A stretch of DNA of 64,000 nucleotides from Candidatus Omnitrophota bacterium (GTDB lineage: Bacteria > Omnitrophota > Gorgyraeia > Zapsychrales > Zapsychraceae), in the NCBI GenBank assembly GCA_029261065.1, contig JAJDCB010000030.1, positions 324,876 to 388,875 of the forward strand, read 5' to 3'. Both the position numbers and the translations under genes were made by a program. Under the pieces are notes generated by a model, which saw only the letters and a program-made list of their open reading frames with translations, was not told where the DNA came from and did no database searches. Below, piece after piece: positions 9,544 to 18,690 of the stretch. The first letter of the stretch is position 1; every line of letters starts with the position of its first letter.

Positions 9544-9777
9544 ATGGATGACAAAATACGAATAATAGATGGTGAGCCTATCTCTTTGCAAATAAAGAGT
9601 TTAAGAATGAAAAGTGGCTTAACTCAAGTTGAGTTTGCTAAACGGGTTGGGGTGGGCTTACGGTTTTTACGAGAGCTTGAGCAAGGGAAGACTACGGTAA
9701 GAATGGATAAGCTTGTACAGGTTTTGGATTTCTTAGGCTATCATTTAGATTTAAAGAAAAATGAACCGCAATATTAA
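9544..9777 (+). CDS. hipB: HipB-like HTH antitoxin/regulator
   Basis: XRE-type HTH LTQVEFAKRVGVGLRFLRELEQGK directly upstream of hipA-like genes. Confidence 0.82.
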   Translation: MDDKIRIIDGEPISLQIKSLRMKSGLTQVEFAKRVGVGLRFLRELEQGKTTVRMDKLVQVLDFLGYHLDLKKNEPQY

Positions 9778-9791
9778 AGGAAAAGGTGCTT

Positions 9792-10127
9792 ATGAAGGTG
9801 TTAAGAAAAGCAAATGTTTTTTATATTAATGAATTGGCGGGGCATCTTACAGAGACTTCAGAAGGGTACATTTTTCAATACGATTCTAGCTTTTTAAAAA
9901 AGAATATCCCCATCTCTTTGACCTTACCTCCAAGGGAAGAGGCTTATGAATCAAAAGAATTATTTTTGTTTTTTAAAGGTCTTTTACCAGAAGGGTGGTA
10001 TTTGGATATCGTGAGTGCCACACAAAAAGTGGATAGCCAGGATTCATTTGGGGTCTTATTAGCTACGGCGAGTGTTGATACTATAGGTGCGGTTACGGTA
10101 AGGAAGGTCGATATTACAAATGAATGA
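9792..10127 (+). CDS. HipA N-terminal domain protein (HipS-like)
   Basis: AG.L......Y.F.Y, PISLTLP and FF.GLLPEGW..D.IGAV motifs. Confidence 0.85.
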   Translation: MKVLRKANVFYINELAGHLTETSEGYIFQYDSSFLKKNIPISLTLPPREEAYESKELFLFFKGLLPEGWYLDIVSATQKVDSQDSFGVLLATASVDTIGAVTVRKVDITNE

Positions 10128-10983
10128 GAAATTTTTAAAAAAGATGTTTAATTCAACACGAACGCCGATAATAAATTTTGGTTTAGCCGATTTATCTCAA
10201 CAAGCGCAAAGATTAGCTGGAAAACTGTCCATCTCGGGTGTTCAGCCAAAATTATCCGTTAAGTTGGATAAAAAAAGTAATGAGTTAATTGTTGTTAATG
10301 ATGGGGGCGAATATATATTAAAACCACAAATCGCGACCTTCACGCATATTCCTGAGAATGAACAGTGTTGTATGGATATAGCAGAGAAGTTGGGTATTGA
10401 TATTCCTCTACATTGTTTGTTACCTTTAAAAGATAAAAGCTTTGCCTATGTCGTTAAAAGATTTGATCGAGATAAGGGTACAAAAATTCATCAAGAAGAT
10501 TTTGCGCAATTGCTTGAGCAAAATGATAAGTATAAAGGGTCTGTAGAGCATATTGGTCGAAAGTTAAAAGATATATCCTCAATTCCAGGTTATGATCTCC
10601 AATTGTTTTTTGAAAGGGTTGTCCTTAATTTTATCCTCGGGAATGGTGATGCCCATCTAAAAAATTATTCTATGTTATATAAAGATGGTAACACTCGATT
10701 AACTCCTGCCTATGATATTGTTTGTTCAAAGTTAGTTATCCCCGAGGAAGAAGACTCGGCCTTAACCATTAATGGTAAAAAGAATAATTTAAAAAGGGAT
10801 GATTTTGAGAAGTTAGCTGAGTATTTCAATATTCCTACGAAGGTTCGGTATGAAAAGTTTGAAGGAAAACTTGATGTAATGAACCAATGTATTGAATCTT
10901 CAAATATGAGTCAGGACAAGCAAAAGCGGTTTATCGAGATTATAAATGAGAGATTAAGACGTTTGGAGTTATTAAAAAGATAG
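10120..10983 (+). CDS. HipA-family kinase toxin (HipT-like)
   Basis: SISGVQPK, YILKP, RFDR, HQEDF, GNGDAHLKNYS and LTPAYD motifs. Confidence 0.9.
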   Translation: MNEKFLKKMFNSTRTPIINFGLADLSQQAQRLAGKLSISGVQPKLSVKLDKKSNELIVVNDGGEYILKPQIATFTHIPENEQCCMDIAEKLGIDIPLHCLLPLKDKSFAYVVKRFDRDKGTKIHQEDFAQLLEQNDKYKGSVEHIGRKLKDISSIPGYDLQLFFERVVLNFILGNGDAHLKNYSMLYKDGNTRLTPAYDIVCSKLVIPEEEDSALTINGKKNNLKRDDFEKLAEYFNIPTKVRYEKFEGKLDVMNQCIESSNMSQDKQKRFIEIINERLRRLELLKR

Positions 10984-11093
10984 CAGGCGGTATATTTAAT
11001 AAAAGAAAATAGAATAAAAGAAAGAAATGTGAAGCTTTAGGTTTATCTGTTAATTTGATTTAATAAATTGTCTTTTTTGCCATCTCCACCCTC

Positions 11094-11186
11094 CTCATAG
11101 CCCCCGCCGAAATCCCCGTAGGCATCATTAAAGCTTTACTTGGGGGACCATTCTTCTTGTGGTTACTGGTGAAGAAGCGGTTATAA
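11094..11186 (+). pseudogene. Displaced copy of the btuC 3' end (30 codons plus stop)
   Basis: Encodes LIAPAEIPVGIIKALLGGPFFLWLLVKKRL*, versus LIAPAEIPVGIITALLGGPFFLWLLVKKSL* at 9344-9436. Confidence 0.92.
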
Positions 11187-11285
11187 TTTCTCATAGTTAA
11201 TAATAATTGATAGTGTTTGGAAAAAGAGACAAATCATTGTAAACTTGTATTAATTATTCAAATTACATGAAATGGAGGAGAAGCT

Positions 11286-11507
11286 ATGACGACAAAAGAA
11301 ATTGAAAAAAGCGCATTGAAATTAAAGCCTCTTGAAAAAATTAAACTTGTCGATAAGTTATTAATTAGTCTAGATAAGCCCAATCCGGATATTGAACGGT
11401 TATGGCTAAAAGAGGCTGAATCTAGAGTTGATGCCTATGAGAAGGGTGAATTAAAAACTTCATCTTATGAAACAGTTAAAAAAAATACTAAAAGACGTAA
11501 AAAATGA
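11286..11507 (+). CDS. Putative addiction-module antitoxin (TIGR02574-like)
   Basis: L...EK..L...LL.SLD...W..EA..R...Y..G pattern; overlaps a RelE/ParE gene. Confidence 0.8.
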   Translation: MTTKEIEKSALKLKPLEKIKLVDKLLISLDKPNPDIERLWLKEAESRVDAYEKGELKTSSYETVKKNTKRRKK

Positions 11508-11797
11508 AAGTGTATCTTACTCTATTATCCAAAAAAGAATATCAAGAGGCTGTAGCGTATTATGACGAACAGAGTAGAGTGGTGGGAGATAAATTTATAG
11601 CTGAGGTTGAGGAGGCGATTGATTTGATTCGGTATTATGGGTTAGCATGGCCAAAAGTAACAAAGAATTTACGTAGATATGTCTTAAAGCGATTTCCTTA
11701 TATGATGTTGTACAAAATATATAAAGATCGAATCGTTATTTTTGCTATTGCCCATCAACATCGACATCCAAGTTATTACTTAAAGAGAACTTCTTAG
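11504..11797 (+). CDS. RelE/ParE-family toxin
   Basis: 97 aa basic protein with RRYVLKRFPY and I.AIAHQHRHP.Y motifs. Confidence 0.85.
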   Translation: MKVYLTLLSKKEYQEAVAYYDEQSRVVGDKFIAEVEEAIDLIRYYGLAWPKVTKNLRRYVLKRFPYMMLYKIYKDRIVIFAIAHQHRHPSYYLKRTS

Positions 11798-11884
11798 AAT
11801 TGGCTGACACCTTTATTTTTTTGATTGATGTATGTAATATTTATGTTGCACTTGTAACATGAATGTTACAAGTCGGAAGCTACC

Positions 11885-11946
11885 TTCATCGCGCCCCCCG
11901 AAATCCCCGTAGGTATCGTTACGTCCTTGCTTGGAAAAGATTATAA
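11885..11946 (+). pseudogene. Third, internally deleted copy of the btuC 3' end
   Basis: Encodes FIAPPEIPVGIVTSLLG, then AAAAGATTATAA matching the KRL* end. Confidence 0.8.
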
Positions 11947-12235
11947 CTTCTGAATTTTGACAAGGACATCTTTTATGACATATCTAGCATATAATTGTGT
12001 TATTTAATGATAAAAATATCATAAATTTCTGATTTCTCTTCCTTAATTATCCTACTTAAAATCATTTCATTTAACTATTCTAAGGATTTTAATCTCAAGA
12101 AAGAAAAAAGTCATCAAATAGCACCCTCACCCTATTGTGGTTTAATTTTGAGCTGTTTTAATTCGAAATTAATTATGATTCGGAGGAAAAAAGTAAACTA
12201 TTGAAATCACTAAAGTTAATTATTAAAGGAAAAAA

Positions 12236-12817
12236 ATGAAAAATTTGTTTTTTATTTTATTATTTGGTTTTTTTAGTTTAAGTGTATCCAATGTGTTTGC
12301 TGCGGTTATCGATGACAATGTTGTTTTAAATGCGTTTCGTATTGCCGTTGATGGACACCATTCGATTTTAAAAATGAAAGATGGTGTTGTTGACGTTTTT
12401 AAAGATAAAAGTGGGATTGATAAAGAAAGTTCGTTTAATCTTAATTATAACGCAGCAAGATCCGGAAATTCTTCCGCTTATTATTCTCCAGCAGTAAATA
12501 GCGATATGGTATTAATTTCTCAAACATTTCATGCCAGATCAAATGTTTCTAAGGCTCGAGTAATAGTTTTTATGGAAGATATCGATAGTGTTACTGAAGG
12601 CATAGATATAAAAGTTTATGTTAGTCGAGATGACACTTTTACCTGGGATAAAATTCCAACATTAACAGATGGTGGAGATTACGATCATGGAAAAAGAATG
12701 ATTTCTGGTAATATCACGGCTTTTACAAGTTCTGCTAATAATAAAATGGTTTTTAAGATTGAAACAGCCAAATCCAAAAATATGAAAATTTATGGAGTTG
12801 GTTTTTCTTGGGAATAA
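12236..12817 (+). CDS. Secreted hypothetical protein
   Basis: Sec signal peptide (..VFA-A), RBS, beta-rich sequence; no family recognised. Confidence 0.7.
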   Translation: MKNLFFILLFGFFSLSVSNVFAAVIDDNVVLNAFRIAVDGHHSILKMKDGVVDVFKDKSGIDKESSFNLNYNAARSGNSSAYYSPAVNSDMVLISQTFHARSNVSKARVIVFMEDIDSVTEGIDIKVYVSRDDTFTWDKIPTLTDGGDYDHGKRMISGNITAFTSSANNKMVFKIETAKSKNMKIYGVGFSWE

Positions 12818-12920
12818 TGTTGGTGTGTAAGCCAATTAAAAAGAAAGGAGGCAAGGAAAGATAAAGAAGGATCTTTAAAAAAGAAATCAAATTATAACTA
12901 AACAGAAAGGATTAGCAACA

Positions 12921-13442
12921 ATGAAAAAGTTTTTTATTTCTTTATTAGCTTTAGCGATTATTGGTAATGCTGGAAATCTTTTTGCTGCTGGTGATGCAAG
13001 AGGAGGGGCAGTTATTCCTCATGTACTATATAGGAATGTGTCTGCCTCTGAACGAATGGTACCAGCATATTTTATCTCAAATATTACTGCGGCAACTATA
13101 ACAGTAAGAATTAGGTTTTATGATAAGGCTGGAGCATTGATAACAGATGATGGTGTGGCAACATCTGGAACTATTCGCGGGACAAATGTTTCTAGTTATG
13201 ATGATAATATAACGGGGACTCCTGCTTCTGTTGAATTTGATTTAGGTGCAAATGATACAGGCTTTATTCAACTATTAGGTACTTCAACGACAGATTATGG
13301 CTACGCTGTTATTGATTGGGAACAATTAGACAGTGATGTAACAGTAGGTTTGGTTGCTCATGGATATGTAGATAGTATAATTAGTGCAGACACAACATAT
13401 TGGCGTTATGCTATACCAATTAATGGCGGGCTTCCATTCTAA
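12921..13442 (+). CDS. Secreted hypothetical protein
   Basis: Signal peptide (..LFA-A), Gly/Thr/Asp-rich beta-type sequence; no family recognised. Confidence 0.7.
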   Translation: MKKFFISLLALAIIGNAGNLFAAGDARGGAVIPHVLYRNVSASERMVPAYFISNITAATITVRIRFYDKAGALITDDGVATSGTIRGTNVSSYDDNITGTPASVEFDLGANDTGFIQLLGTSTTDYGYAVIDWEQLDSDVTVGLVAHGYVDSIISADTTYWRYAIPINGGLPF

Positions 13443-13464
13443 ATTGTAAAATGGCAAATTGATG

Positions 13465-13500
13465 AAACAAGGCAAACCTGTTAGGTTTGCCTTGTTTTTT
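13465..13500 (+). terminator. Intrinsic terminator
   Basis: AAACAAGGCAAACCT-GTT-AGGTTTGCCTTGTTT followed by a T tract. Confidence 0.85.
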
Positions 13501-13633
13501 TATTTTGAATTAATAAAAATGTTATTTTGGTACTTAAATTTTTTTAAAAGTGTTTTTATGTAACATGTTTGTTTTCAACAGCTTTCATTCTTTTGTGATT
13601 CGGTTTTTTCTGTTATCTATTAAAACATTATTC

Positions 13634-13683
13634 TTGACTCTTTGTTCCAGTGATCTATAATACTCATGTTCAATAATTGAACA
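13634..13683 (+). promoter_or_regulatory. Sigma70 promoter and palindromic operator at the head of the glycan locus
   Basis: TTGACT-16 bp-TATAAT (13634-13661); palindrome TGTTCAAT-A-ATTGAACA (13667-13683). Confidence 0.7.
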
Positions 13684-13730
13684 GTCGTTTCAAGGATAAC
13701 CCCCAAATAAAAATTCGTACCTCGAAACTT

Positions 13731-14303
13731 ATGGATCACGAACACATTGATGAACGAGAGTTTGAGCTAATTAATATTGTTGGCGCCAAACTTGGTTCAA
13801 ATCAAAGAGATTTATCCCGCCACATGGACTTATCTTTGGGTTCCATCAATATGCTTTTGCGCAGACTCGTTGCCAAAGGTTTTATTCGCATTAATCAATT
13901 AGATAAAAGAAAAGTAGAATACATTCTCACACCACAAGGATTTACCGAGAAAATGCGTAAATCTATGAAATATACCCTTAAAACAATTAGTTCTATTGCT
14001 CTTATTAAAGATCGATTGAAAGAAGTGTTGTCGCATCTATACAAAGAAGGGGAGCGAAACTTTATCGTTTATGGAAAATCTGATCTCGCCCTTTTGGTTG
14101 CTCCTGTTTTTAATGATATTTCGTCTGATGATATTAAATTAACTTATATTGATCAATTATCGATAGAACAATTGCAGGGAACGCTTCTTGTTTGTCGTGA
14201 AAATTTTGATGCCTCAGCGGTTGATGGTCGCAAATATGTGCATTTACTTGAAGAAATTGCGAGTGACCCAAAATGGGTACAAACTAATTTAAGTTCGGTG
14301 TAA
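13731..14303 (+). CDS. MarR-family EPS-associated winged-helix regulator
   Basis: NQRDLS....LSLGSIN.LLRRL..KGFI...YILTPQG motif; ATG 13731 preferred over TTG 13677, which lies in the operator. Confidence 0.82.
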   Translation: MDHEHIDEREFELINIVGAKLGSNQRDLSRHMDLSLGSINMLLRRLVAKGFIRINQLDKRKVEYILTPQGFTEKMRKSMKYTLKTISSIALIKDRLKEVLSHLYKEGERNFIVYGKSDLALLVAPVFNDISSDDIKLTYIDQLSIEQLQGTLLVCRENFDASAVDGRKYVHLLEEIASDPKWVQTNLSSV

Positions 14304-14318
14304 AGGGAGAGAAACGTT

Positions 14319-15320
14319 ATGCAAAGAAACAAGGTTCTCGTTACAGGTGGAGCCGGTTTTATTGGAAGTCATGTGGTTGATCGACTGTTACAGGATCACC
14401 ATCAGATAACTGTTATTGATAATTTCTCGACGGGAAGACAGGCAAATCTTAATCATCTTAAAAGTAACCCTAATCTAACCATTATTGAAGCCGATATTCG
14501 CGATTTAGCTTCAATTGCGCCTCATTTTCAAAACATCGATATGGTTTTTCATCTAGCGGCATTAGCCGATATCGTACCCTCCATTGTTAATCCAACAGAA
14601 TATTATTCAGCCAATGTTATGGGATCTATGAATGTCCTTGAAGCTTCCCGGCAAGCAGGTGTTAAGCGTTTTGTTTATACCGCATCGTCTTCCTGTTATG
14701 GCATTCCAGATGAAACCGTAGCCACCAAAGAAACTCAAAGTATTGATACGCAATATCCGTATGCATTAACAAAATATATTGGCGAAGAAACCGCTTTTCA
14801 TTGGGCGAACATTTATGATCTACCTCTTGTGTCTTTAAGACTGTTTAATGTTTATGGTCCTCGTTCACGCACATCTGGAACGTATGGGGCTGTGTTTGGT
14901 GTGTTCTTGGCGCAAAAATTAAGTAATAAGCCGTTCACGGTTGTGGGTGATGGTGAACAGACGCGAGATTTTATTTTTGTCACGGATGTTGCTAACGCTT
15001 TTGTGACAGCCGCGTATTCTGAGGTTACCAACGAAGCTTTTAACGTAGGAACAGGAAAACCACAAAGTGTGAATAAGTTGGTGTCGCTTCTTGGTGGAGA
15101 AAAAATTCATATTCCCAAAAGACCTGGGGAACCAGATTGCACGTGGGCCGATATTACAAAGATTAAAAATCAACTGAGTTGGGCGCCGCAGGTTTCGTTT
15201 GAAGAGGGTGTGGGGGAGATTTTAAAAAATATTGATTATTGGAAGGATGCACCGGTTTGGACACCTGAGGCAATTGGAGAAGCTACGGAAGATTGGTTTA
15301 AGTATTTAGGGAAGAGTTAG
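14319..15320 (+). CDS. NAD-dependent nucleotide-sugar epimerase/dehydratase
   Basis: GGAGFIG, YALTK and FNVYGPR motifs. Confidence 0.88.
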   Translation: MQRNKVLVTGGAGFIGSHVVDRLLQDHHQITVIDNFSTGRQANLNHLKSNPNLTIIEADIRDLASIAPHFQNIDMVFHLAALADIVPSIVNPTEYYSANVMGSMNVLEASRQAGVKRFVYTASSSCYGIPDETVATKETQSIDTQYPYALTKYIGEETAFHWANIYDLPLVSLRLFNVYGPRSRTSGTYGAVFGVFLAQKLSNKPFTVVGDGEQTRDFIFVTDVANAFVTAAYSEVTNEAFNVGTGKPQSVNKLVSLLGGEKIHIPKRPGEPDCTWADITKIKNQLSWAPQVSFEEGVGEILKNIDYWKDAPVWTPEAIGEATEDWFKYLGKS

Positions 15321-15536
15321 CAAGAATAACCAAGTTACAAGATACAAGGTATCCCGCCGTCGGCGGGACCCCGCCAACGGCGGGGCAAAAAAGATACAAA
15401 AACCAATTACGGAACAACCAAACAGTTTGGTTATTTAGTTATTGGTGAATTGGTTATTTTTTGCCTTTGCGTCTAGAGACGCAGGTCACGGCCGAAGGCC
15501 GTGATATCTTGTAACTTGTACCTTGGTTATTCTTGC
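15320..15536. mobile_element. MITE-like fold-back element, copy 2, carrying two twin-hairpin inserts
   Basis: Same inverted ends as 7461-7642; inserts at 15352-15385 and 15464-15504. Confidence 0.78.
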
Positions 15537-15551
15537 CAGGAGAGATACATC

Positions 15552-17087
15552 ATGAGCACTAACACAACAGAAAATAAAATCAAACCACGAGCCGAGTTAG
15601 CAAAGATCATTGCCCAAGAGAAAAAAAAGGGCAAGAAGGTCGTATTGTGTCATGGAGTTTTTGATTTGGTGCATTTAGGCCATATTCGTCATTTTAAGCA
15701 AGCGAAAAAAGAAGCGGATCTTCTCATTGTTTCGATTACAAAAGACAAACATGTCAAGCGCGGTCCGGGACGCCCTGTCTTTAATGAAATGTTGCGGGCT
15801 GAAACATTAGCGTCATTAGCGATGACCGATTATGTCTCTATTGTTGATTCTCCGACGGCCACAGATTTTATTAAAGCGATTAAACCAGACTTTTATGCCA
15901 AAGGTAACGACTATAAAGCTAAGGATAAAGATGTTACGGGGAAAATCTATGAAGAAGAAGACGCTATTGAATCCGTGGGAGGACGGCTTCTTTTTACGGA
16001 TGATATTACGTTTAGTTCCTCGCATCTCTTAAATAGTTACATTGATGCCTATCCGCCACAAACGACCAAGTTTTTACGAGCTTTAAAGAAGCGTTTTAGT
16101 GCTGATGATGTTATTCATTCTCTTGAAAAAGTAAAAAAGCTTAAAGCCTTGGTCATTGGTGATGCGATTATTGATCAGTATCATTACTGCAATCCTATGG
16201 GAAAATCCTCGAAAGAGCATCTTGTTGTGAATAAATATGAGTCTGAAGAGATGTTTGCTGGAGGAACGCTTGCGACGGCTAACAATGTGGCCAGCATTTG
16301 TGGAGAGGTTGATATGGTGACACTTTTAGGTCGAGAAAATGATCAGAAAGATTTTATAGAGAGTAAATTAGCCAAAAACGTTAATCCTATTTTTTTCTAT
16401 AGAGACGATGCCAATACGATTATTAAAAGGCGCTATGTTAATCAAGGTTCGGGGCGGAAGCTATTTGAAGTGTGTTTTATGAATGATGAAGAGATTAATA
16501 AAGATGTCGAATCTCAAATAAAGAAGTTTCTTCAAGCCTCGCTAAAAAAGTATGATGTGGTGGTTGTCTCAGATTTTGGACATGGTTTGTTAAGTAAGAA
16601 TTTGATTAAGCTCATTTGTCAGAAATCGAAATATTTAGCCGTTAATGTTCAAACAAATAGCGCCAATATTGGTTTTAATCTTGTTACGAAATATCCTTCG
16701 GCTAATTGTGTTTGTATCGATGAAATGGAGTTGCGATATGCAACACATGATAAGTTGGGGGATCTTAGAACGCACGCGAAGAAAGTGTACAGCCAAATGA
16801 ATTGTGATCATATTATTGCGACACGCGGTCCGCATGGATCGATTTGTTATTCAGAAGAAGCTGGATATCACAATACACCCGCTTTTGCCTATCGTGTTGT
16901 TGATGCTATTGGTGCGGGGGATGCCTTTTTTGCATATGTCGGCCCATGTTTTGCAGCAGGGTTACCTCAAGAATTGACAGCTTTTGTCGGTAATGCCGTA
17001 GGTTCCTTGGCTGTTCAAATTGTTTGTAATCGAGAGCCGGTTAATTTTGTTGAATTAAGTAAATTTATAACAAGGTTATTAAAATGA
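15552..17087 (+). CDS. Bifunctional nucleotidyltransferase / PfkB sugar kinase (HldE-like, reversed domain order)
   Basis: N-terminal HGVFDLVHLGH (HxGH); C-terminal DAIGAGDAF PfkB signature. Confidence 0.85.
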   Translation: MSTNTTENKIKPRAELAKIIAQEKKKGKKVVLCHGVFDLVHLGHIRHFKQAKKEADLLIVSITKDKHVKRGPGRPVFNEMLRAETLASLAMTDYVSIVDSPTATDFIKAIKPDFYAKGNDYKAKDKDVTGKIYEEEDAIESVGGRLLFTDDITFSSSHLLNSYIDAYPPQTTKFLRALKKRFSADDVIHSLEKVKKLKALVIGDAIIDQYHYCNPMGKSSKEHLVVNKYESEEMFAGGTLATANNVASICGEVDMVTLLGRENDQKDFIESKLAKNVNPIFFYRDDANTIIKRRYVNQGSGRKLFEVCFMNDEEINKDVESQIKKFLQASLKKYDVVVVSDFGHGLLSKNLIKLICQKSKYLAVNVQTNSANIGFNLVTKYPSANCVCIDEMELRYATHDKLGDLRTHAKKVYSQMNCDHIIATRGPHGSICYSEEAGYHNTPAFAYRVVDAIGAGDAFFAYVGPCFAAGLPQELTAFVGNAVGSLAVQIVCNREPVNFVELSKFITRLLK

Positions 17088-17695
17088 GAGAAGCCATAAG
17101 AGAGAGTCGGTCTAGTTTAAAGAGTTTATTAGATAAAATTGAAGCAAGTGATGTTAGTGGAGGATTGTTATTTGAAGAGGCTGTTGAGTGCGCTGTTAAT
17201 ATTATCTTAGATTGCAAAAAATCGAACGGTAAGCTCATGGTGATCGGCAATGGAGGAAGTGCCGCTATTGCCAGTCATATCGCTACTGACTTTTGGAAAA
17301 ATGCTAAGGTCAAAGCGATGGCTTTTAATGACAGCGTGCACTTAACGTGTGTGAGTAACGATAATGGGTATGAACAAGTCTTTGAATATGGTGTTAACAC
17401 GTTTGGGGAATCAGAAGATGTGTTAATCGCCATTAGTAGTTCGGGACAATCTCCTAATATTTTAAGAGCAGCACAGGCCGCCCGCGATAAAGGAATAAAG
17501 GTCATCACATTATCAGGCTTTAAACAAGACAATATGTTGCGCGCTTTAGGTGATGTGAATTTTTATGTACCAGCATCTCATTATGGGTATGTAGAGGTTA
17601 TTCATCACTCTATTTGTCATAGTTTTATCGATATAACTATTCAACAAAATAATAAAACCAAGAATCAATCATCATTGGAAAGTGAAATTGTATGA
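17084..17695 (+). CDS. gmhA: Phosphoheptose isomerase-like SIS protein
   Basis: GNGGSAAIASH, ND.GYEQVF and ISSSGQSPNI motifs. Confidence 0.8.
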   Translation: MREAIRESRSSLKSLLDKIEASDVSGGLLFEEAVECAVNIILDCKKSNGKLMVIGNGGSAAIASHIATDFWKNAKVKAMAFNDSVHLTCVSNDNGYEQVFEYGVNTFGESEDVLIAISSSGQSPNILRAAQAARDKGIKVITLSGFKQDNMLRALGDVNFYVPASHYGYVEVIHHSICHSFIDITIQQNNKTKNQSSLESEIV

Positions 17696-18690
17696 AAGAA
17701 ATAAAGACAGTACTTGTTACAGGGGGTGCCGGTTATGTTGGCGCTGTTTTAGTTCCAAAGTTGTTAAATGAAGGGTATCACGTCAGAGTGCTTGATTTGT
17801 ATTTGTATGGGGCCGATGTTTTTGATGGTATTGCAGATAAAACAAATTTAGAAGAAATAAAAGGGGATATTAGAGATCAAGAGTTGCTTAAAAAATCTTT
17901 GCAAGGATGTGATGCCGTTATTCATTTGGCATGCATTTCTAATGATCCAAGTTTTGAATTAAATCCAGAATTAGGCAAGTCTATTAATCTTGATGCCTTT
18001 AAACCGTTAGTGGATATATCAAAGGCCGCGGGTGTTGAGCGTTTTATTTATGCTTCAAGTTCCAGTGTTTATGGCATCAAAGAAGACCCTGAAGTAAGTG
18101 AAGATTTGCCTCTTGATCCGTTAACGGACTATTCCAAATTTAAAGCAGATTGTGAAACCATTCTTCTTGATGCGGCGAGTGATGATTTTACCGTTAATGT
18201 TTTACGACCAGCAACGGTTTGCGGTTATTCTCCTCGGTTAAGGTTAGATTTAACTGTTAACATTTTAACGAATCACGCGATCAATAAAGGTGAGATTACA
18301 GTTTTCGGAGGAGAGCAGCTTCGTCCTAATGTGCATATTGAAGATATCACCACGTTGTATGTTCAGTTGTTAACCTTGCCACATGAGAAGATTCATAAAA
18401 AAATTTTTAATGCGGGTTATGAAAATCATAAGGTTAAAGATATTGCCAATATGGTTAAGGCAACCTTAACACAAAACGTAGAGGTTAAGACGATTCCCTC
18501 AGATGATCATCGTTCCTATCATGTATCATCGAAAAAAATAAAAGAAGAAATTGGTTTTGAGCCAACGCACACCATCGAAGATGCGATTGCAGATATCAAA
18601 CAAGCTTTTGAAGAGAGTAAGGTTCCAAATCCCATGGAAGATAGCAAGTATTACAACGTCAAACGTATGAAGGAAGTTGATCTTAAATGA
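17692..18690 (+). CDS. NAD-dependent epimerase/dehydratase
   Basis: GGAGYVG, YSKFK and RPATVCGYSPRLRLDL motifs. Confidence 0.85.
   Translation: MKEIKTVLVTGGAGYVGAVLVPKLLNEGYHVRVLDLYLYGADVFDGIADKTNLEEIKGDIRDQELLKKSLQGCDAVIHLACISNDPSFELNPELGKSINLDAFKPLVDISKAAGVERFIYASSSSVYGIKEDPEVSEDLPLDPLTDYSKFKADCETILLDAASDDFTVNVLRPATVCGYSPRLRLDLTVNILTNHAINKGEITVFGGEQLRPNVHIEDITTLYVQLLTLPHEKIHKKIFNAGYENHKVKDIANMVKATLTQNVEVKTIPSDDHRSYHVSSKKIKEEIGFEPTHTIEDAIADIKQAFEESKVPNPMEDSKYYNVKRMKEVDLK

Noticed and set aside
9344-11946. Diversity-generating retroelement TR/VR pair
   Set aside because: The differences between tail copies are synonymous and not adenine-specific, and no reverse transcriptase is in the window.
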